A stretch of 64,000 nucleotides of DNA, from the IMG/VR virus record IMGVR_UViG_3300021520_000002, positions 221,573 to 285,572 of that record, one strand, 5' to 3'. The notes beneath the pieces are model-generated. The model saw nothing but the letters and a program-made list of their open reading frames with translations, ran no database searches and had not been told where the DNA came from. Of this stretch, positions 28,370 to 38,373 are shown piece by piece (position 1 is the stretch's first letter; every line of letters begins with the position of its first letter). The translations under genes and the position numbers were made by a program.

Positions 28370-28516
28370 AATAAACAAAGAACTTATGTGATATAAATAT
28401 CACATAAATCCTTCGCCAGTCGGAGCAAAACTTTTTTCCCGTGAGGGAATTAGTTAGGAGCATCCAAAGCTTTCTTTGGCGTCCCTTAGATATACATTAC
28501 TGTATATCTTACATTA
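28370..28516 (-). ncRNA. structured small RNA, paralog B
   Basis: promoter 28523, five hairpins, terminator; covaries with paralog A. Confidence 0.7.
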
Positions 28517-28569
28517 ATATAATTTCTATATTAAAATCGCAAATATCAAAAAAAGAAAAAAGGAGAAAA

Positions 28570-29073
28570 ATGAACGAGTTTGTACACAACAGTGTTAGAG
28601 ATTTATTTGTCAACAAATATTTAGTATCAAAAAAAGAAGAGAAGTTATTAATTATTGATATTGGAAGTTATGATGTAAATGGTAACATAAGAGATTTATT
28701 TGATGTAAGTAAGAAATGGGGTTATTTTGGAGTAGATATTGAAGCAGGTCCAAATGTTGATATTATTTTAAGAAATCAATATATATTTTATGAATTTGGA
28801 GATTATCAAGTAGATGTAGTTGTATCTTGTTGTACATTTGAACATATTGGTTTGTTTTGGTTAACTATGAAAGAAATAAGTAGAATTTTAAAAGTAGGTG
28901 GATATTGTTGTATTGTAGCTCCATTTGATTGGGAAGAACACAAACATCCAATTGATTGTTATAGATTTTATCCAGATGGATTTAAAGCTTTAGCTGAATG
29001 GTCTGGATTAAAAACTATTGAAACATCTACTATGGCTGATAAACATCATACAATTTTTATCGGCCAAAAATAG
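28570..29073 (+). CDS. class I SAM-dependent methyltransferase
   Basis: IIDIGSYDVNG, GVDIEAGPNVD, CTFEH, HPIDCYRF; start after AAGGAG. Confidence 0.88.
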   Translation: MNEFVHNSVRDLFVNKYLVSKKEEKLLIIDIGSYDVNGNIRDLFDVSKKWGYFGVDIEAGPNVDIILRNQYIFYEFGDYQVDVVVSCCTFEHIGLFWLTMKEISRILKVGGYCCIVAPFDWEEHKHPIDCYRFYPDGFKALAEWSGLKTIETSTMADKHHTIFIGQK

Positions 29074-29259
29074 AATTTTTTAGGAGATTAATTATGGAAG
29101 AAAAAGAAAAATTTTCAGGTTCTAGATTTTTAAGAGAAGGAAAACCATATTTAGAAGAATGTATTAAAGAGTTTGAAGAAAAAGTTAAAGATGGAACAAT
29201 TACTAACGAAGAAATTATATGTTTAACTTGGTGTAGAATAGAACTTATAAAATAAAAAG

Positions 29260-29292
29260 AATTAGGGACAGACTTATCATCTGTCCCTAATT
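29260..29292. terminator. bidirectional terminator
   Basis: AATTAGGGACAGA/TCTGTCCCTAATT flanked by A and T tracts between convergent genes. Confidence 0.8.
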
Positions 29293-29293
29293 T

Positions 29294-29827
29294 TTATTTT
29301 TTCTTTCTTGATTTTTGTGATATGTAATCACCACCAACTAATTGTTCTATTTTTATATTTTTATTAGCTGTATATTGAATTAATTCTTTAAAGACTGAAC
29401 ATCTATCTTTTTTAGTATATATAATAGGATTATTTCTCATAAATTTAATAATTTCTTTTGATGGAATATTTATTCTAAATACATCTATTTCTTCTTCTTT
29501 TTCAATTTGAATACCTTCATCCCAAATAACGGTTTTAAATCCAATCCAACCATTTTTGATTCCTTCAAGAACATGTTCAGCTGTGATTGGAGTAGTTAAT
29601 CCTTCTTCATCAACTAATTCTTTATTAATTTTTTCAACCCAATTATCAATAGTACTTTCATTATCAACAATTATATACTCTTCTTCAAGAGCTAATAATA
29701 ATTCTTCTAGAACTGTTGCTTTATCAAAATTTTCATCAGTTAATTTACTTAGTCTAATTGCACCTCTTTGAGTTGTACACATAACTAGATCTGTTGCTTT
29801 CAAAATATACTTAAAATCTTTTCTCAA
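29294..29827 (-). CDS. hypothetical protein
   Basis: 177-aa ORF, SD AGGAGG. Confidence 0.7.
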   Translation of the reverse strand: MRKDFKYILKATDLVMCTTQRGAIRLSKLTDENFDKATVLEELLLALEEEYIIVDNESTIDNWVEKINKELVDEEGLTTPITAEHVLEGIKNGWIGFKTVIWDEGIQIEKEEEIDVFRINIPSKEIIKFMRNNPIIYTKKDRCSVFKELIQYTANKNIKIEQLVGGDYISQKSRKKK

Positions 29828-30081
29828 AGTATTCCTCCTTTTCTATCTTTTATTACTTGCTTAATTGATTCATAAGCATAAATACTATTTTTTCGATATA
29901 TAAATTTATGAAATCTATCATGAATTCGATATATCATTTCCAATATATCTGCTGGAGTTAAATTTTCAATTGTTAATAATAATTCACTATATTCTCGATA
30001 TGAACTACGTTGTCTTATTAAATTGATTTTTTGCCGTTCTTTATAGAATTTCTTCTCTTCTTCAGTCATTCTCTTTTTCAT
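29824..30081 (-). CDS. hypothetical protein
   Basis: basic ORF in operon; exact start uncertain. Confidence 0.55.
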   Translation of the reverse strand: MKKRMTEEEKKFYKERQKINLIRQRSSYREYSELLLTIENLTPADILEMIYRIHDRFHKFIYRKNSIYAYESIKQVIKDRKGGIL

Positions 30082-30550
30082 AATGACTTTTCCAATCCTC
30101 ATATTTTGCTAGATTTTTATTATAATACATTGGATTTCCTGTTACTTCATGAATAATTATCGGCAAAAGATCTGGTGGAATATAATCTGTATCTATAGTT
30201 TGATATTCAATTTCCATCATATTAAATCTAGCAAATTCATCAATACTAATTTTTAAAGGTTTATATTGATCATATATGTATCTTATTTTAGAAATTTTAT
30301 TTTTATATTTATCATCTAATTTAATAGTATTATACACAACTTCAAAAATTTCAGAATTTATTTCTTCTCTAATTTTATCAGTTCTAGATTTAATTGTCAT
30401 TTCATATTTTTTTTTATTATATTCTTCAGTACATCTAACTCTAATTTCTGAATTTCGAAGATCGGCAATATAAATCTGTTCAATATCTTGTTTTCTAGTA
30501 AAACTTTCTGGTATATTTGAAACTAAAAACTTTCTTTCTATTTCTTTCAT
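30062..30550 (-). CDS. CYTH-domain triphosphatase/adenylate cyclase-like protein
   Basis: EIERKFLV, IEQIY, IRVR, KIRY, EIEY, EVTG. Confidence 0.88.
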   Translation of the reverse strand: MKEIERKFLVSNIPESFTRKQDIEQIYIADLRNSEIRVRCTEEYNKKKYEMTIKSRTDKIREEINSEIFEVVYNTIKLDDKYKNKISKIRYIYDQYKPLKISIDEFARFNMMEIEYQTIDTDYIPPDLLPIIIHEVTGNPMYYNKNLAKYEDWKSHYEKEND

Positions 30551-30559
30551 ATATTCTCC

Positions 30560-31168
30560 TCATCGGACAAAATCTCTATATGGATTATTTTCTAAATCTT
30601 TTACCTTTTCAACTCTCTTAGCTTCGATTTGAAAAATATTATGAATTATATCTTTAGGATATAATTGTAATTTACAACTATCTTTATTCCAAACAGTTAA
30701 TATTTTATGATATTGTGGTTCAATAAGACAGGCTGGTTCATAATCATATTCTCCATCTTGACTTGGACCACTAGAACAATCTGGTCGATATTGACCAGTT
30801 CGAATCATTCTAATTTTTTCAACCATACAAAAACAATCTTCTAATTCTGGAACATAAAGTGTATAAATTTCTTTTTTATTACCGCCAAAATTATGCCTTC
30901 TTATATATCTGTAAGCCAAACATCTTGATATATCTTCAAATTCTTTTTCTGGATTAGTAAATTTTATTTTTAAAATTGGTTTATCATATTTAACTACTTC
31001 TTGTACAAATTTTTTTATTGTATCATAAAATTCAATACCAATCATCTCAGTAACTTTTTTAAGTTCTAATGGATAACCACATCGAATAAAAATAGTTGGA
31101 TTGATTATTTTGATAATATCATTAACTCTTATTATATTATCTTTTAGTTGTTTTTCTTTTTTTGTCAT
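30560..31168 (-). CDS. hypothetical protein
   Basis: 202-aa ORF. Confidence 0.7.
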   Translation of the reverse strand: MTKKEKQLKDNIIRVNDIIKIINPTIFIRCGYPLELKKVTEMIGIEFYDTIKKFVQEVVKYDKPILKIKFTNPEKEFEDISRCLAYRYIRRHNFGGNKKEIYTLYVPELEDCFCMVEKIRMIRTGQYRPDCSSGPSQDGEYDYEPACLIEPQYHKILTVWNKDSCKLQLYPKDIIHNIFQIEAKRVEKVKDLENNPYRDFVR

Positions 31169-31422
31169 CGATGTCTAGGGATCAATAGTGAACCGAAATG
31201 AAGATTATCCGTTTTTGTAATCGCATGTATTTTACAAGCTAATTTATGTACTTTGTCATAACATTTTGAACAAAGCCAAAAAGTTCCAGTGCCATCATTT
31301 GTTATCGGCATGAAACCAATCATTTCTGACATAGTTTGAATACTTAAATTTTGATTTTCAATTGTAATACTTTTACCACAACCTTCACATTGAAAATTTA
31401 TTATAGTTAGGCTATCTCTCAT
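31165..31422 (-). CDS. hypothetical Zn-finger protein
   Basis: CEGCG and CSKC. Confidence 0.65.
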   Translation of the reverse strand: MRDSLTIINFQCEGCGKSITIENQNLSIQTMSEMIGFMPITNDGTGTFWLCSKCYDKVHKLACKIHAITKTDNLHFGSLLIPRHR

Positions 31423-31444
31423 CCTCTTTTTCCTCCCATAGATA

Positions 31445-31474
31445 GAGGGAGCAGTTTTGAGATTCTGCTCCCTC
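31445..31474 (-). terminator. GC-rich hairpin
   Basis: GAGGGAGCAG/CTGCTCCCTC stem after gene end; weak U-tract. Confidence 0.55.
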
Positions 31475-31485
31475 GCCTTTTTAAC

Positions 31486-32601
31486 TTACTTCTTTTTTAT
31501 GATTATTAAAGGTTCATCATTTAAATTTTGTACATCAAGAGATACTCTTTTGATAAAATATTTTTCATGAATTTTACTACTTCCAATAAGTTCATTAAGA
31601 AGTGTTTCACATTCTTTTGAAGTTAATGAACGAAATATCGTTTTCAGACGACAGTCATTTGTGAGCATATTTTTAAAAATATCATCACACATTTCTGGAG
31701 TCAATTTGATTTCTTGCCGATGACCACATTTATCTTCATAAATATGTTCACACATAGGAGCAAATATCTTCTTGAAATCTTCTTCATTAATATTACTCAT
31801 ACGAGTTCCATCAATAGATATTCTACTCGCATATTTTTCTTTTGTTCTGGATGGTTTGTTTGTTATAATTCCACCCCAGTACTTTTTATACTTCAAATAT
31901 TTACCAGTACCATCTTTAGACCAGAAAAATCGATCATCTTTATTGGTATGAAAACATTTCATTCTTACAGTTTCACATTCTGACATTTCTTTCTCCTTTC
32001 TTATAGTACATGTTTCACAAGCTGTTTTACCATTATAACAAACAGTATTACGTGTAAATGGACAAACTCTCCCAGGATTAATTTCTGACATTTCTTTCTC
32101 CCTTGTTTTTCTTATACAATCTACACAATAATGTGTATTTATATATTTACATTTGATATTTTTATTTTTAGGACAATAATCTCTAATACAACTTTTATCT
32201 TTTTGAATTTCTTCACGAATTTCTTTTATAATCTCATCAAGTTCTGAATCTCTGAAACTATTCGGAAGTTTACATTGATGACAAGCGAATTTACTTACAC
32301 GCTCATATGGACAAATGTTTGTTTTTGTTCGGAAACAATATGTTTTAATTGTCCTTTCAGGAATTTTGCAACACCAACAATCAGTTGGTGATATTTCAAC
32401 AAATGGACACATAAAATCTTCTTTTCTTGGTCTTATACAATTTCTTATTTCTTTTTCATCTGAAAATTGTTTTTCATATTCTTCAGTAACTTTTTCAAAA
32501 TATTCTTTAACTTCAGCATGCCATCTTCTTGACAATGGAAGTGGATCATGTAATAATGAATTTAAACTCCTTATTAATGTTCTTAGATAACTTAGTTCCA
32601 T
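31486..32601 (-). CDS. Cys-rich repeat protein
   Basis: repeated CP..C..CxxC modules; duplicated EKEMSE. Confidence 0.7.
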   Translation of the reverse strand: MELSYLRTLIRSLNSLLHDPLPLSRRWHAEVKEYFEKVTEEYEKQFSDEKEIRNCIRPRKEDFMCPFVEISPTDCWCCKIPERTIKTYCFRTKTNICPYERVSKFACHQCKLPNSFRDSELDEIIKEIREEIQKDKSCIRDYCPKNKNIKCKYINTHYCVDCIRKTREKEMSEINPGRVCPFTRNTVCYNGKTACETCTIRKEKEMSECETVRMKCFHTNKDDRFFWSKDGTGKYLKYKKYWGGIITNKPSRTKEKYASRISIDGTRMSNINEEDFKKIFAPMCEHIYEDKCGHRQEIKLTPEMCDDIFKNMLTNDCRLKTIFRSLTSKECETLLNELIGSSKIHEKYFIKRVSLDVQNLNDEPLIIIKKK

Positions 32602-32752
32602 ATTCTAACTCCTCAATTCTGAAATGATAAATCCAAAAGTAGCACCATATAGTGTCCAATATCCTGGATGAGTTATAATTTCATATTTTTGTAATTGAAT
32701 TCCAACTCCAACATATACTATACATATTATGATTGTCATTAAGATTTTCATA

Positions 32753-33190
32753 TTAATTCTCTATTGTTTTTAAAAAATTTTTCGATAATTTATCAACATT
32801 CATATTAATTTGTCTCATTAGTTTATTTTCAGCTTTTTCTTGATCTCTTTCAAATTTACTTTGAGCTAATTTCATAAGAGTCATCTCATAAAATTCTCTC
32901 ATTGTCATATCTAACATATCATTAATTTCTTTCTTTGTTATTTCGGTATCTCTACCTACAGAAATTGATCTTTTAATCAAATTATCTAAACTGAAATTCA
33001 TCTTTTTAGAATATGTCATTTTACCCATTAATTCTAAAAGAACTTGTCCTGATATTGCTTGAGCTAAAAGCAGTCTTTCTGTTTCTGTTTTTTCTACTTT
33101 CTTTTTATCTTTAAGAATTTGACAGTTGTTACATGTTTCACTGTTATTATTAATCATCGGACAATTGTTTTTAGTAAAAACACATTTCAT
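32753..33190 (-). CDS. hypothetical protein with N-terminal Cys module
   Basis: SD AAGGAG, CxxxxxxCP...CxxC. Confidence 0.7.
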   Translation of the reverse strand: MKCVFTKNNCPMINNNSETCNNCQILKDKKKVEKTETERLLLAQAISGQVLLELMGKMTYSKKMNFSLDNLIKRSISVGRDTEITKKEINDMLDMTMREFYEMTLMKLAQSKFERDQEKAENKLMRQINMNVDKLSKNFLKTIEN

Positions 33191-33191
33191 T

Positions 33192-33635
33192 TTATTCTCC
33201 TTGTAAGTATTTCAAAGATTTTTCGTATCTTGTTTTTAACGAATTTAACTCTTTTCTTGTTTCTTCAGGAATTGAATCAGGAAGATTAATTGATCTTGAA
33301 TAGTTATGTTCTACATCTGCCTTCTTTACCTTTTTTGCAATTGGATTTTTACAACAACGTTCAAGATATTCCATATATGTTTCATCTTTTTTTCTTGTTA
33401 TTGCATCAACAGCTTCAACAATATTTTCTGGAAATTCATAAGATCTTAACACATCCAATGTACAATCTGTATCTTCAACAACATCATGTAAAATTGCTGT
33501 TACTGCTTCTTCTTGTGTACAAGGTTTAGGTAGAAGACAATATACATGAATTGGATGAAGAATATATGACATACCAATTTTATCAACTTGGAATTTGTGA
33601 TACATGTTGGCCAGTTTTATTGCTTTCATTATCAT
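33192..33635 (-). CDS. HD-domain (p)ppGpp-hydrolase-like protein (small SpoT/Mesh1 type)
   Basis: HKFQVDK, YILHP, AILHDVVEDT, VKKADVEHN. Confidence 0.85.
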   Translation of the reverse strand: MIMKAIKLANMYHKFQVDKIGMSYILHPIHVYCLLPKPCTQEEAVTAILHDVVEDTDCTLDVLRSYEFPENIVEAVDAITRKKDETYMEYLERCCKNPIAKKVKKADVEHNYSRSINLPDSIPEETRKELNSLKTRYEKSLKYLQGE

Positions 33636-33647
33636 AGTTATTCTCCT

Positions 33648-33872
33648 TTACCAGTCAAAGTCATATCGTTTTGCAAATGTATCAACATCCAATCGAACAT
33701 GATCAGGACATGAGTACTTTCCTTTTCGTCCTATATTTTCACATTTTCTGTTATCACATATCGAACATGAATACCATGGATTCATCTCACAAATATCTTC
33801 TTTTTTGATACCAGGATATTTTTCTGAAATTTCTTTAAACTGCTTTTCAAACTTTTGATCAAGTGTTTCCAT
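33648..33872 (-). CDS. hypothetical Cys-rich protein
   Basis: 74-aa ORF with SD. Confidence 0.6.
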   Translation of the reverse strand: METLDQKFEKQFKEISEKYPGIKKEDICEMNPWYSCSICDNRKCENIGRKGKYSCPDHVRLDVDTFAKRYDFDW

Positions 33873-33923
33873 ATTTTCTCCTTTTTTATAAAATGAAAAA
33901 GGGCGCTATTAACGCCCTTTTAT

Positions 33924-34310
33924 TTACGACCAGGTTCCTCGGTAGAATGTGTTGTATTCGGATGATAATTTTTCAATCATATCCGAATACCCTTCAAAAC
34001 CACCATATTGCCATTTGACTTTTCCATCAACATCGAGATTTAAAATTATCTCTTTCAGTTGCTTCCATTTCTTGAGAACTTTCATATCAATTTTATTATT
34101 TGGTGTTTGTTCTGTATACGAAGAATCTCTTTTTTCGTTACACCATGAAACTTCCATGGGAACTGCATTATCATCATTGTTATTAAAGAGATGTTGTCTT
34201 GCACATCCGAAGATGATGAGATCAGCATTTTTAACTTCTTCTGCTGATATTTCATCTTTAACAAATGAAATTACCAAAGCTGTGAAACTAACTATTAATT
34301 TCTTTTTCAT
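33924..34310 (-). CDS. hypothetical protein
   Basis: promoter 34342, SD AGGAGG, terminator at 33897-33921. Confidence 0.7.
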   Translation of the reverse strand: MKKKLIVSFTALVISFVKDEISAEEVKNADLIIFGCARQHLFNNNDDNAVPMEVSWCNEKRDSSYTEQTPNNKIDMKVLKKWKQLKEIILNLDVDGKVKWQYGGFEGYSDMIEKLSSEYNTFYRGTWS

Positions 34311-34359
34311 AACATCCTCCTTTGATTTGATATCTATATTATTTCTATATGAAATCATA

Positions 34360-34428
34360 AAAAACAAAAAGTGGGATCGCTCCAACTTTTTGCTAGATAG
34401 GGCTGTTATAGCTCAACTATCTACCTAT
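34360..34428 (-). ncRNA. candidate ~65-nt small RNA
   Basis: promoter 34433, hairpin TAGATAG/CTATCTA, terminator CAAAAAGT/ACTTTTTG plus U-tract, no ORF. Confidence 0.55.
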
Positions 34429-34462
34429 ATTATTTCTATATGAAATCTTTAAAAATAAAAAT

Positions 34463-34491
34463 TAGCGGCAGGTTTGACTAACCCGCCGCTA
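34463..34491 (-). terminator. intrinsic terminator
   Basis: TAGCGGCGGG/CCTGCCGCTA followed by T-rich tract. Confidence 0.75.
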
Positions 34492-34495
34492 TCTA

Positions 34496-37374
34496 TTAAT
34501 CTAACGGTTTACCACAATTATTACATTTTGGACCTTCATATTTAATACTGTTATATACATTACAATTTGGACAAAGATCTATGTATAATTGATCAAGTGG
34601 TACAAATAGTGGATGTGCTGTTACCACTTCTTTGGCTCTTGCTAATGAACAATTATATCTATCTTTAATTATTTTTATTAACACGATTGGAGTGAGTGGT
34701 AAAAATGTTAAATCTTCTTCAGTGAAAATAATTTCTTTTTTATCATTTTCTTCCATATCTTTATAATATTTTTGTCTTTCTTCTTCTCGAATAATAGATG
34801 CACATTCTCTATCGGCAAGAATTATAACTCGACCTTTTTTTGTTGTTGTGTCTGATAGTTTCACAAGATCACGATGAGAATCGATAATAACTGCAATTCT
34901 ACTATACATCAGAAAATTTGGATCTTTAACATCATAGACAATTTTTCCTTTATCTGGTTCATCTTCAGGAAACACTCTATTTTCCCATTCGATAGATGAA
35001 CCTTCTAATGAGTTAGTTATTGTCCATTTTTCCATTAATCATCATCTCCTACTATTTCATTAATCATTGTTTTAATATGATCTTGCCAACTGGAAGGCAA
35101 AGAATTTCTATCTATTTCATTAGTACTATCACATGCTTCACAATTATAATACAGATAACTATTATGACCAAAATGATAATGATATTCTAAATCATTTTTT
35201 TCAAGTTCTAGAGTACTCTGACAATTTTTACATGTGACCACAACTGTATTTTTGTTATCGATTATCCTCACATGAACTCCCCAAACTCTTTTTCTGTGAA
35301 TTTGATACCGGCAGCTTCTGCCATGGTTTTCAGTAGAAAAGTTGAAATATCACAATCTTTTCCAGGACAATTCTTTTTGTGATCTTTAACTACTTTTAAT
35401 ATATTCTTTTTCCAGAGAACAACATTTTCTCTATTTGGATCTGTTCCATCGATTTCATCGAATATTTTTTTTGCTTCTTCAGTTAATTTTCCATCCATTT
35501 TTGCCATAATTAATCTTTCTTCAAATGTTGAATTTAATTTACTAATCACATCCATATCAATTTGATATGGATGATTTTCTAATTCTCTATTAACTTCTAA
35601 TCTTCTCCCATCAATATGAACTTGTCTTTCATTTTCAAGAATAGTTCTTTCATCTCTTAATTTATTGATTTCAACTTCAATAGCTTTTATTTTATTATTA
35701 AATTTTATAATTTCTATTTCTTTGTAAACTTTTTGTGTAGTATCAGTTTTTACATTTTGAAATTCACGTGATAATGAATCATATCTCAATCTTAATTTCT
35801 GTCTGATTAATTGTATCAGATCAGATAGTTCACTTTTCAGATACTTTTTTGTCATTTTATTCTCCTATCTCATTATATTTTTCGATGGCAGCATCGAGAT
35901 TTTCATTATTGAACAAATATGTTTTTTGTTTAATTAGATCTTGAACTGTATAATATACACGATGATTAATATCAAGTACAAGATTTAATTTTTTGTGAAC
36001 CATATATAGATCAATTTCTGTTGCTATATTAATAACAATAGGGTCTTTTAATATTTTATTTACATCTTCTTTTGTGATTTTCATGTTTGTTCCATAAGAG
36101 TTTTCGCAATATCAAAATGTCCCATTAATAATTCTTCAGCAATAAATTTTGCTTGTTCAATTTCTGCTAAAGATTCATCATCATCTTTTTCTATGAAGAT
36201 GCGTGCAGCTGTAGTTAATCTTCTTAAAACATCTTTAAATAATTTTTCTTTTTCAGTCATTGTCTTTCTCCTTTTATGCTGTTGTTATATAATAGATTTC
36301 TATCATAGAATACTTACATGTTTCACATCTATCACAAAATAAGTCCTCTATCGGTTCTGTTCCATAGTAACATTCAAGATCTATCCAATACATAGTTTCT
36401 CCTCTTCTGTATTTTTATAAAATTCTTCCCATTTCTTACTTTCACCAGGTTGACAATTTTTGAAATGTTGAATTGATTTTTCTTTATCGGCAAAAGCTCC
36501 ACAATTATCACATACGAACATTTCTGATTCAGTAATATATGTAATTCCTATTAACATACTATAAGAAAGTGAAGTCGATCTGGATTATCATCACATGGTA
36601 CCGGCAAATGATTTTTAAAGATCATTCTCTTTTCGTCTACTTCACGAGCTACAAAAGTCCATCCAGCTTCAGTTCCAGATGGATTTAATCTATTACAGAC
36701 TTCAAGAATTTCCTCATCAGTTACATCTTTAACAGCACACACTTGCATCATTGTTAATCCATAAACGTATTTAGTAATTTCAACTCTACCCATCTGTCTT
36801 CTCCTCTTTTTTTCTAATTTTTGTAACTAAATCTTTTTGACAATCTTCCCAAAGTCCTTTAGCTCTAAGCCAAACAATTATCTGATCGAGAAGTCGTTCT
36901 TTCAGATCCATTTCAAGGATTATGTCCATTTCTTCTTTATTTGGCATCTTTCTTCTCCTTTTTATTTCTGGATTTTTTAATAACTTTATCAATAATTTCT
37001 ATAACTTCTGGATCTTTTTTAATAACTTCATCATCTGAAACATTTGCTCTATTTAAAACTGAATCTGGTGGTTTATTAAACATTATATTAGATTGGGCTT
37101 GTTGATATGGATCTTTTGGTAGATTTTTAAAACCATTCATTTTCATTTCTGATTTTTCTTTTTGATTACCAATAATAGCTTCACACCTACTTTCTAAAAT
37201 TTCTCTTAGTTCTTGAAAAGATTTTGCCGATAAACTATTACCAGTATTTACACCACCCAAACCATATACCATTCTGCTTACTGCTTTTTCAATAGTAATA
37301 ACTTTATCTGTGAAATGAATTTCTACAACATGATCTAAATTCAATATTTTGTCATTAATCATTATTAAGTTCAT
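34496..37374 (-). CDS. operon of small hypothetical ORFs (34496-35035, 35035-35271, 35268-35855, 35857-36084, 36551-36793, 36786-36947, 36937-37374 and smaller ones)
   Basis: co-oriented overlapping ORFs with AGGAG SDs; several CxxC pairs. Confidence 0.65.
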
Positions 37375-37406
37375 ATCTTCTCCTTTTATTTTTATTTATA
37401 TTTAAA

Positions 37407-37526
37407 GATAGAAATGAAGAAGCGCTTTACGCGCTCTTCCCAAATTGGTATTCAACAAATACCAGTTTGTCTACTACCATGTCAATCCCATATTTTGGGA
37501 TCAACAACCCGATTTCATTTTCTATC
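37407..37526 (-). ncRNA. candidate multibranched structured RNA
   Basis: closing stem GATAGAAA(A)TGAA/TTCATTTCTATC enclosing three hairpins. Confidence 0.4.
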
Positions 37527-37672
37527 ATTTTCTTCGGTACTTTGCTTTTGAACAAATTTTTGATTCTTTCAATTTCCTGTTCCATAATTAACTTCCTCCT
37601 TTGAATTTAATAGATACTATATCTATTTCTATATGAAGAAGTTGAATATACAAAAAAAGAAAAAAGGGGTTG

Positions 37673-38065
37673 TTACACCCCTTGTGCTCCAAAATTTGGA
37701 AGCTCTTTCTGGACTTGAGCAAGAATCTGTTCAACATCCACTCCTCTTCCATAGTTATTGATTGCAGAGAGAAGATCTTCTTCTTCAAGAAAACCTAGTT
37801 GAACACCTCTTAACATTGCAACCATTTTTGTTAGATCCTCTCTACAAACATCCTTATACAACATCCAGATTTTACTACCATAGATGTTCAGAGTATCAAG
37901 CATCATTAAAGACCCGAGTCCGCCGAAAAAATCATCCGGATCGATTTTTCCAGCCCTTGTGAGTAAATCTAGAGTGACTCTAAAAGCACCTGGATTTCCT
38001 TCTGCTACTTTTATAACAGCATCTTGAAATGAATCTGTTCCTACAATTCTTGTATTTTTGTTCAT
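37673..38065 (-). CDS. hypothetical protein
   Basis: EGNPGA..LDTLNIYGSKIWMLYKDVC; promoter 38097; SD AGGAGGAG. Confidence 0.8.
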   Translation of the reverse strand: MNKNTRIVGTDSFQDAVIKVAEGNPGAFRVTLDLLTRAGKIDPDDFFGGLGSLMMLDTLNIYGSKIWMLYKDVCREDLTKMVAMLRGVQLGFLEEEDLLSAINNYGRGVDVEQILAQVQKELPNFGAQGV

Positions 38066-38132
38066 AACTCCTCCTTTTATTTTTGATATTATATTATTTC
38101 TATATAAGATTGAAGAATAATAAAAAATAAAG

Positions 38133-38164
38133 ATCGGCAAGATCTATTGCTAAATCTTGCCGAT
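38133..38164. repeat. dispersed palindromic hairpin, copy 5
   Basis: identical to copy 1. Confidence 0.95.
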
Positions 38165-38373
38165 ATTTTTAATAGTCTATATACTCTTTTAACTGTCTAT
38201 TTCTATTAAAGGAACTTTCATCTGTATCTCTTACAAAAACATCATCATTTAAACGATTTAACGCGGCTTCACTAATACAATCATCAAATCTTGTTTTCAA
38301 CATTAAATCAACAACATCTTTGTACCCTTTTTTAGATTTCATTTAGTTCTCCTTTATTAGTTTTTTGCTGATA

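Noticed and set aside
28441-28569. N-terminal extensions in the ORF track (also 34311-34385, 38066-38140, 10864-10938)
   Set aside because: They run through promoters, RNAs or upstream genes; downstream ATGs fit the SD or the domain start better.
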